Source: Candidatus Saccharimonadota bacterium (GTDB lineage Bacteria > Patescibacteriota > Gracilibacteria > UBA4473). Taken from it: a stretch of 32,000 nt of DNA. Below, in pieces: positions 27,154 through 32,000 of the stretch. Under the pieces are notes generated by a model, which was not told the origin of the DNA, did no database searches, and worked only from the letters and a program-made list of their open reading frames with translations. Every line of letters begins with the position of its first letter. The stretch's first letter is position 1. The translations under genes and the position numbers were made by a program. The DNA lies in the NCBI GenBank assembly GCA_965228485.1, contig OZ245819.1, positions 1,020,001 to 1,052,000 of the forward strand. The letters are read 5' to 3'.

Positions 27154-27738
27154 TTAGTGAGGATTGCTAGTGAGAGTTGTTTTGTAATATGTCCAATCTT
27201 TGCCTGGAGCTAGTGGCATAGAGCCGTTATAACCACTCACGCTTGGGTCGTCTGCAGCTCTCATAGCTTGGAAGGTGGCATCTTTTGTTGCTTGTGCTCT
27301 TCTTTGAGCTTCGCTGCATTGTTGTAAATCTAACAAGGCTTGAAGTGTGGCCTCGGGATTATCTAGGGGTAGTTCTCTGAAATGAAGTACTGCAATTGCG
27401 CATCGGTTCCAACTTTTTCCAATTAATGTAGATAGAGCTTCGGCAGTTTTTGATCCAATGCTTCCTTGTGGATAGCTGAGATTTCTTGGGTTTTCTTCAC
27501 AGTCTGCCAAATCTGCTTTTATGGCTTCAACAATGTCTTGTTTTTGACCATTTTGCCAAGCTTTAACGTTTCGATAGATTTGATCGATGCTTTGGAAGTC
27601 ATTTTCCAATAATTCACTAATTGCTTGGCGTGCACCAGGGAAAATTGTTAGTTGTTCGGCTTCGGCTCTCTGTTGACATTCATCAAAGATTTCACCAACT
27701 CTGGCTTCTCGAGATTTTGTTTGTTCCATTACTGTCAT
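27154..27738 (-). CDS. Hypothetical 194-aa soluble protein
   Basis: The ORF sits tightly in the operon, 12 nt after the upstream gene and 20 nt before hom. It is Gln/Ala/Glu-rich with no TM segment and no recognised motif. Confidence 0.6.
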   Translation of the reverse strand: MTVMEQTKSREARVGEIFDECQQRAEAEQLTIFPGARQAISELLENDFQSIDQIYRNVKAWQNGQKQDIVEAIKADLADCEENPRNLSYPQGSIGSKTAEALSTLIGKSWNRCAIAVLHFRELPLDNPEATLQALLDLQQCSEAQRRAQATKDATFQAMRAADDPSVSGYNGSMPLAPGKDWTYYKTTLTSNPH

Positions 27739-27750
27739 CTGAAATAAGGG

Positions 27751-28074
27751 TTAATTAAATTTTTTATCCATTTGGAAAAAAGACACTGTTGCAGGGTACG
27801 GATGGTCTTGAGCTTTTACTGTTTCTACAATGCTGAGTTTTATGTCGTCTGAAACGTTGGCTGTTACTGCCATAATAATATTTCCTCCTTCTGTTTCGTC
27901 GCAGGCTTCGGGCGTGTTGTCAAAGACTTCAAATGCTTTAACACCCGCTTTAGATAAGAGATCGGATATGAGTCCTCTTAGTTCTGATTTTTGAGCTTCG
28001 CGTCTTTTGTCAATATTAAAATAACCGAAAGCACCTCTCAAAGGGTCTGCCGTTTGAATTTCTTCTAATGCCAT
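27751..28074 (-). CDS. Hypothetical 107-aa protein, first gene of the minus-strand operon
   Basis: The ORF follows a 143-nt divergent intergenic region. No recognised motif. Confidence 0.6.
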   Translation of the reverse strand: MALEEIQTADPLRGAFGYFNIDKRREAQKSELRGLISDLLSKAGVKAFEVFDNTPEACDETEGGNIIMAVTANVSDDIKLSIVETVKAQDHPYPATVSFFQMDKKFN

Positions 28075-28099
28075 ATTTTAAAATTTGTGAGTCGTGTCT

Positions 28100-28127
28100 A
28101 CTAAAACTATATTTTTTCTTTTGTCAA
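28100..28127 (-). promoter_or_regulatory. Candidate sigma70-like promoter for the six-gene minus-strand operon
   Basis: On the minus strand: perfect TTGACA (28127-28122), a 16-nt spacer, then TTTAGT (28105-28100, 4/6 to TATAAT). It lies about 25 nt upstream of ATG 28074. Confidence 0.35.
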
Positions 28128-28217
28128 CAATTTTATTTTGAACCCATATTATTGCTTAGTTGATTTTTGACTTTTTTTTATTAGATTTATCGCGATTTTG
28201 TTAACTTATAAAAATAG

Positions 28218-29441
28218 ATGCTTTATTTAGGAGACAGTCCAGAAAATCTTTTTCAAAGAATTAAACGATATGTTCGAGAATACGAGGCTGAACATGGAGA
28301 AGGAAGCAGTATAAATGTGGCGGTTGGAGAACCAGATACAACGCCTCCAGTAGCGTTGAGAAAAACGGTTTCAGATTTTGTGATGAAAGATGAAAATTGG
28401 ATTCATACTTATTGGGACAATAGAGACTCAGGGAGTTTTGCTCAGGGAATGGTGAAGCGAATTACGGGAGTAGATGTGAATGATTTTGATCATTTAGATA
28501 CTTTGGTACTCCCTGGAGAAAAATCAATGTTGGGACTTTTGCCGATTGCTTGTGCGGCTAAATCTCATGATGCCTTTGAAAATGAAGGGTTTGTAAAGAC
28601 GGCTCCAGCCTATGATTTACTGGGAACTTGGTCAGATTATATCGATGCGCCTTGCTATACTTGGCCTTTGACTTCTGATGAAAATTTTAAATTGAATTTA
28701 GAGAATCTTCCAAAATTGGAAAAACCTCCACGGATGATTATTACCGTTAAGCCTGGGAACCCTTGTCCAGCCGGAGCGAGTCGAGAAGATTGGGAAGCGT
28801 TGATTGAGTATTGTATTGAACACAATGTTCGATTGGTAAATGATGGAGCTTATACTAGTCTAAAACATAAAGAACATGTTCCGTTATCAGAAGTAGCTAA
28901 AGATTATCCAGCGCTAGACTGGATGGAACTCTTCTCTATTTCTAAAACATTATCGGCTTGTGGATGGAGACTTGGAGCAGCCGTTGGAAGTAAGGATTTT
29001 GTTGGAGAGCTTACAAAAATTAAAGGGAATGCTGATTCAGGGCCATTTGGTCCAGCCTTGGCGGGGACGGATGCCTATTTTCAGTCTGAGCAGAGTGCGA
29101 CTGATATTGCTGATATTCAGAAAATGTATGAAGGTCGTCTGGCTAAAGCCATTCCAATTTTTGAAAATGCAGGGTTCAAATTAGCTTGTCCAACTGATGC
29201 AGGATTTTTCATGCTTTACCATTGTCCAAAAACTATTGATGGAGCGTTAGTGGAAAACAGCGAAGACTTTAATAAAAAAATGATTAATAAGATTGGATTG
29301 GTGGGAGTTCCTTTTACTGGGGCGGAAGTTGATGGGGAGCCAGAACAGTTTATCAGATATTCTGTGTGTTCGGATTTTGCCAGCCCTGACTTTGCTGACA
29401 AAGTGGAAAAAGCCTTGGCAACTGTGGAAGTTGATTACTAA
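28218..29441 (+). CDS. dapL: Fold-type I aminotransferase, probable LL-diaminopimelate aminotransferase
   Basis: NVAVGEPDTTPP, KPGNPCPAG, NDGAYTSL, and FSISKTLSACGWRLG (PLP-Lys). The N-terminal LFQRIKRYV...INVAVGEPD resembles the DapL start (YLF..I...V...INLSIGD). Context includes lysA, ask, asd and hom. Confidence 0.6.
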   Translation: MLYLGDSPENLFQRIKRYVREYEAEHGEGSSINVAVGEPDTTPPVALRKTVSDFVMKDENWIHTYWDNRDSGSFAQGMVKRITGVDVNDFDHLDTLVLPGEKSMLGLLPIACAAKSHDAFENEGFVKTAPAYDLLGTWSDYIDAPCYTWPLTSDENFKLNLENLPKLEKPPRMIITVKPGNPCPAGASREDWEALIEYCIEHNVRLVNDGAYTSLKHKEHVPLSEVAKDYPALDWMELFSISKTLSACGWRLGAAVGSKDFVGELTKIKGNADSGPFGPALAGTDAYFQSEQSATDIADIQKMYEGRLAKAIPIFENAGFKLACPTDAGFFMLYHCPKTIDGALVENSEDFNKKMINKIGLVGVPFTGAEVDGEPEQFIRYSVCSDFASPDFADKVEKALATVEVDY

Positions 29442-29444
29442 ATC

Positions 29445-29472
29445 TTGACCCGAATAAAAAATTCTATAGATT
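29445..29472 (+). promoter_or_regulatory. Candidate promoter for the aspartate kinase leader
   Basis: TTGACC (29445-29450), a 16-nt spacer, then TAGATT (29467-29472). The predicted start site would fall at or next to the leader ATG 29478. Confidence 0.3.
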
Positions 29473-29477
29473 GATCG

Positions 29478-29522
29478 ATGATGTTGAGCAAGAAATTGGC
29501 TGCTAAGAAAAAAACTGGTTAA
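29478..29522 (+). promoter_or_regulatory. 14-codon Lys-rich candidate leader peptide ORF (MMLSKKLAAKKKTG)
   Basis: ATG ATG TTG AGC AAG AAA TTG GCT GCT AAG AAA AAA ACT GGT TAA. Five of 14 codons are Lys. The stop lies 2 nt before the first hairpin arm. Confidence 0.4.
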
Positions 29523-29560
29523 TTCCGGCCATTTTTTGCAAGCCAAAAAATCAGCCGGGA
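29523..29560 (+). promoter_or_regulatory. Candidate antiterminator hairpin
   Basis: CCGGC (29525-29529) pairs with GCCGG (29554-29558), and ATTTTTTG (29531-29538) pairs with CAAAAAAT (29544-29551) around loop CAAGC. The 3' arm shares nt 29553-29559 with the terminator stem. Confidence 0.45.
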
Positions 29561-29584
29561 GCTTATTTCTCGGCTTTTTTATTT
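29553..29584 (+). terminator. Rho-independent terminator/attenuator 14 nt upstream of aspartate kinase
   Basis: AGCCGGG (29553-29559) pairs with CTCGGCT (29569-29575): 7 bp with one G-U pair. It is followed by TTTTTATTT. Confidence 0.65.
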
Positions 29585-29597
29585 ATCTAAAAACATA

Positions 29598-30974
29598 ATG
29601 ACGACAAAAATTCTTAAATTCGGAGGGACTTCAATGGGATCGACAGATTCACTTAAAAATGTGGTTTCAATTATTCAAAAAAATAAAGAACAGGATATTG
29701 AGCAAGTAGTGGTTTGTAGTGCTATGAGTCAGGTGACTAATCAGTTGCTGGCTGCTGGCGATATGGCAGTGGCTGGTCAAAAAGCTGCGGCTCTAGAAAT
29801 ATTTGAGTGCATTAAAGATAAGCATTTTGAAGTAGCTAAAGATTTTGGAGTTACGACTGAATTTGAGTCTGCGGCAGGAGATTTGATGAAAAGTTTAAAA
29901 AACTTTCTGATAGGAGTTTCGATGATTCATGAATTATCAGATCGAAGTTTGGCTTATTTGAGTAGCTATGGAGAACGTCTTTCTACCCGATTACTCACTT
30001 GTATTTTGGAGGTGCAGGATATTAGTGCGGTACAGCTCGATTCAGATTTCATAAAAACTAAAGGGGTAAACTTTCTTGAAGATGAAATTGATTGGGATGA
30101 AACTAGAGTCGAGGGGAAGCCTTTGTTAAAAACCGCAGCGAAGTCTAAAAAAGTCCCAATTATTACTGGTTTTTTTGGAACAAATCAACATGGAACAATC
30201 TCTCTTTTGGGGAGAGGAGGATCTGACTTTAGTGCGGCTATTTTGGCTGTGATTTACGGTTGTAAAGTAGTGGAAATTTGGACTGATGTAGATGGTTTTA
30301 TGTCGGCAGATCCAAGGCTTGTAAAAAATGCTCGAGTTCTAGAAGAAATTGGTTTTAAAGAAGCTTCAGAGCTTTGTTTCTTCGGGGCAAAAGTTCTTCA
30401 TCCTAGAACTATTCGTCCTGTTATTTTGAATGGAGGGGGAGAGGTTTGGATTAAAAACACCTTCAATCATGAGGCTCTTGGAACACGAATTACTGAGCAC
30501 GCCAAAGCCTTAGACAGACCAGTTTTGTCGCTTTCTTCTAAAAAAGTGGCATTGCTTTCTTTGGACTTATTTGCAGCAGATGGAAACAAACATCGGGCTG
30601 AGGTTTTTTATGAACTATTTAAAGTGATTAAAGATCATAAAGTAGCGGTTGATGCCGTAGCGGCTAGTGAGGCAATGATTTCTTTTTGTATTGAGGAAAA
30701 ATATTTAGAACGGGAAGGCTTGATTGAGTCTATTGAAAACATTTCTCCACTAGAAGTAAGGCGAGATCGTTCGATCCTTTGTATTGTTTCTCCAGAGAAT
30801 GCGGTATATAACATGCATGGAGTCTTGGCTCAAATTTTCGCAGCCATTGCCACGGCTGGAGTTTCGGTTGAAATGGATAGTGAGAATGCTTCGGAGGTAG
30901 GGCAGCTGGTCGTTGTGAAAAATGTGGACGTTCCAAAGGCTATCAAGACTATTCATGAACATTTGATTGCATAA
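29598..30974 (+). CDS. lysC: Aspartate kinase (monofunctional, C-terminal ACT-type regulatory region)
   Basis: KILKFGGTSMGS, VVVCSAMSQVTN, GRGGSDFSAA, FGAKVLHPRT. Length 458 aa. Confidence 0.93.
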   Translation: MTTKILKFGGTSMGSTDSLKNVVSIIQKNKEQDIEQVVVCSAMSQVTNQLLAAGDMAVAGQKAAALEIFECIKDKHFEVAKDFGVTTEFESAAGDLMKSLKNFLIGVSMIHELSDRSLAYLSSYGERLSTRLLTCILEVQDISAVQLDSDFIKTKGVNFLEDEIDWDETRVEGKPLLKTAAKSKKVPIITGFFGTNQHGTISLLGRGGSDFSAAILAVIYGCKVVEIWTDVDGFMSADPRLVKNARVLEEIGFKEASELCFFGAKVLHPRTIRPVILNGGGEVWIKNTFNHEALGTRITEHAKALDRPVLSLSSKKVALLSLDLFAADGNKHRAEVFYELFKVIKDHKVAVDAVAASEAMISFCIEEKYLEREGLIESIENISPLEVRRDRSILCIVSPENAVYNMHGVLAQIFAAIATAGVSVEMDSENASEVGQLVVVKNVDVPKAIKTIHEHLIA

Positions 30975-30976
30975 CA

Positions 30977-31432
30977 ATGGATTATAAAATTAGATTGGCA
31001 ACAGAAGCAGATTTTCCCAGTATTCTTGGGATGATCCAAGAATTGGCAGATTTTGAAAAAGAGCCTGATGCGGTTATTAATTCTCTTGAGAGAATGAAAG
31101 CCGAACAAGATTTGTTTGAAGCGTTGGTAGTCGAAGTTGAAGGTAAGGTGGTAGCTATGGCGCTTTATTTTTTTGCTTATTATACTTGGGTTGGGAAGTC
31201 GCTTTATCTTGATGATTTATATGTAAAGGAGGCTTTCAGGGGAAATGGTATTGGTTCGGCATTGCTCAATAAAGTGATGCAGAGAGCCAAGGAAGCGGGT
31301 TGTCGACGAATTCGTTGGCAGGTGCTCAATTGGAATACTCCAGCCATTGAGGTCTATAAAAAGGCTGGGGCTGATATTGATAATGGTTGGAGTAATTGCG
31401 ATATTAATTATGAACAAATTAAGAACTTATAA
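30977..31432 (+). CDS. GNAT acetyltransferase of the spermidine/spermine (diamine/thialysine) N-acetyltransferase type
   Basis: It aligns along its whole length with human SSAT1. [23 protein letters not shown] matches [62 protein letters not shown] matches [56 protein letters not shown] matches VAEWNEPSINFYKRRGA. Confidence 0.85.
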   Translation: [151 protein letters not shown]

Positions 31433-31434
31433 AC

Positions 31435-32000
31435 ATGACTAAAAATATTGCCATTTGCGGTATTACAGGAGTAGTTGGACAGGAGACTTTGAGATGTCTA
31501 AAAGAGCTAGATTTTCCTGTGGGGGATTTGAGATGTTTTGCTTCTGCTCGTTCGGCGGGAAAGGAAATAGATACTCCATTTGGAATAAAGATAATTGAAG
31601 AATTTACACCTGAAGCTTGTACGGGATTTGATTTTGTCTTTCTTTGTATTTCTGGAGATTTTTCTGCTGAATTCGGAAGAGTTTTAGCGGCTCAGAACAA
31701 GTATGTTATCGATAATTCATCTTATTTTCGATATGATGAAGATGTACCACTGATTGTTCCTGAGGTAAATCCAGAAACGGCTGTTCAAAATAATTTGATT
31801 GCTAATCCTAATTGTACAACCGCTATTTTGGCGGTGGCTTTATATCCTCTTTATAAAGCGTTTGGACTGAAACGAGTTATTGTTTCTACCTATCAGGCGA
31901 CTTCGGGAGGAGGCCTAGCGGCTATGAATGAACTGGAAACTCAAACAAAAAACTACCTAGAGGGAAAAGAAGTAATCAATGATCGTTTTGCTCATCCGAT
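31435..32000 (+). CDS. asd: Aspartate-semialdehyde dehydrogenase, 3' end beyond the window
   Basis: ATG 31435, 2 nt after the GNAT stop. IAICGITGVVGQE (NADP loop), IANPNCTT (active-site Cys), STYQATSGGG. The frame is open to nt 32000. Confidence 0.93.
   Translation, partial: MTKNIAICGITGVVGQETLRCLKELDFPVGDLRCFASARSAGKEIDTPFGIKIIEEFTPEACTGFDFVFLCISGDFSAEFGRVLAAQNKYVIDNSSYFRYDEDVPLIVPEVNPETAVQNNLIANPNCTTAILAVALYPLYKAFGLKRVIVSTYQATSGGGLAAMNELETQTKNYLEGKEVINDRFAHP

Noticed and set aside
27751-28074. Faint resemblance of the 107-aa protein to AroH-type chorismate mutase (RGA near the N-terminus and a similar predicted strand/helix order)
   Set aside because: I cannot align the catalytic residues and the similarity is at the level of chance. 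It was mentioned only because aroB is nearby.
29442-29597. Lysine riboswitch (L-box) upstream of aspartate kinase
   Set aside because: The region is too short. I see none of the conserved L-box cores (for example the AGAGGNGC start or GGAGAG-type helices), only a simple two-hairpin arrangement.
28218-32000. Ectoine-type cluster (aminotransferase + specialised ask + GNAT)
   Set aside because: No EctC-like cupin is present. The aminotransferase is fold-type I class I/II (DapL-like) rather than the class III EctB type. The GNAT aligns with SSAT rather than showing anything EctA-specific that I can see.
1-32000. Alternative genetic code with TGA as a sense codon (code 4 or 25)
   Set aside because: Conserved proteins are full length and uninterrupted under the standard code, so no in-frame TGA needs to be read through in about 10,000 codons. 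Only avoidance of TGA is supported.
1-32000. CRISPR arrays, tRNA/rRNA genes, integrases, transposases, prophage or toxin-antitoxin modules
   Set aside because: No non-coding gap exceeds about 156 nt, I found no spaced direct repeats, and no ORF shows recombinase or transposase motifs.

Overview
Densely packed bacterial chromosome segment, roughly 40% GC by eye, with intergenic gaps mostly under 160 nt. I support 23 protein-coding genes and found no rRNA, tRNA, CRISPR array or mobile-element gene. The left third (1-10151, + strand) looks like an accessory cell-envelope block. It holds a giant multidomain surface protein that runs off the 5' window edge, a secreted 25-Cys protein built from a duplicated 11-Cys module, and a very acidic lipoprotein with its own internal duplication. 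It ends with a membrane-fused spermidine-synthase-like protein translationally coupled (TAATG) to a 151-aa unknown. The centre carries a fadN-fadA-acyltransferase_3 operon (-), a secreted Ig-like-domain protein with a G8 tract, gyrA, aroB, an orphan ORF and a LysA-type decarboxylase. The right third has a six-gene minus-strand operon: two unknowns, hom, lysS, and a YbdK/GCS2 carboxylate-amine ligase overlapping a PuuD/C26-type gamma-glutamyl hydrolase. It also has a plus-strand aspartate-pathway cluster: DapL-like aminotransferase, aspartate kinase, an embedded SSAT-type diamine acetyltransferase, and asd. The most interesting items are the ligase/hydrolase pair, a Lys-rich 14-codon leader ORF with competing antiterminator/terminator hairpins ahead of aspartate kinase, and the uncharacterised exported proteins. 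Also notable are the complete absence of TGA stops (18 TAA, 4 TAG) and the absence of Shine-Dalgarno motifs. All functional calls rest on motifs recognised by eye; no database search was possible, and the source organism cannot be named from this window.
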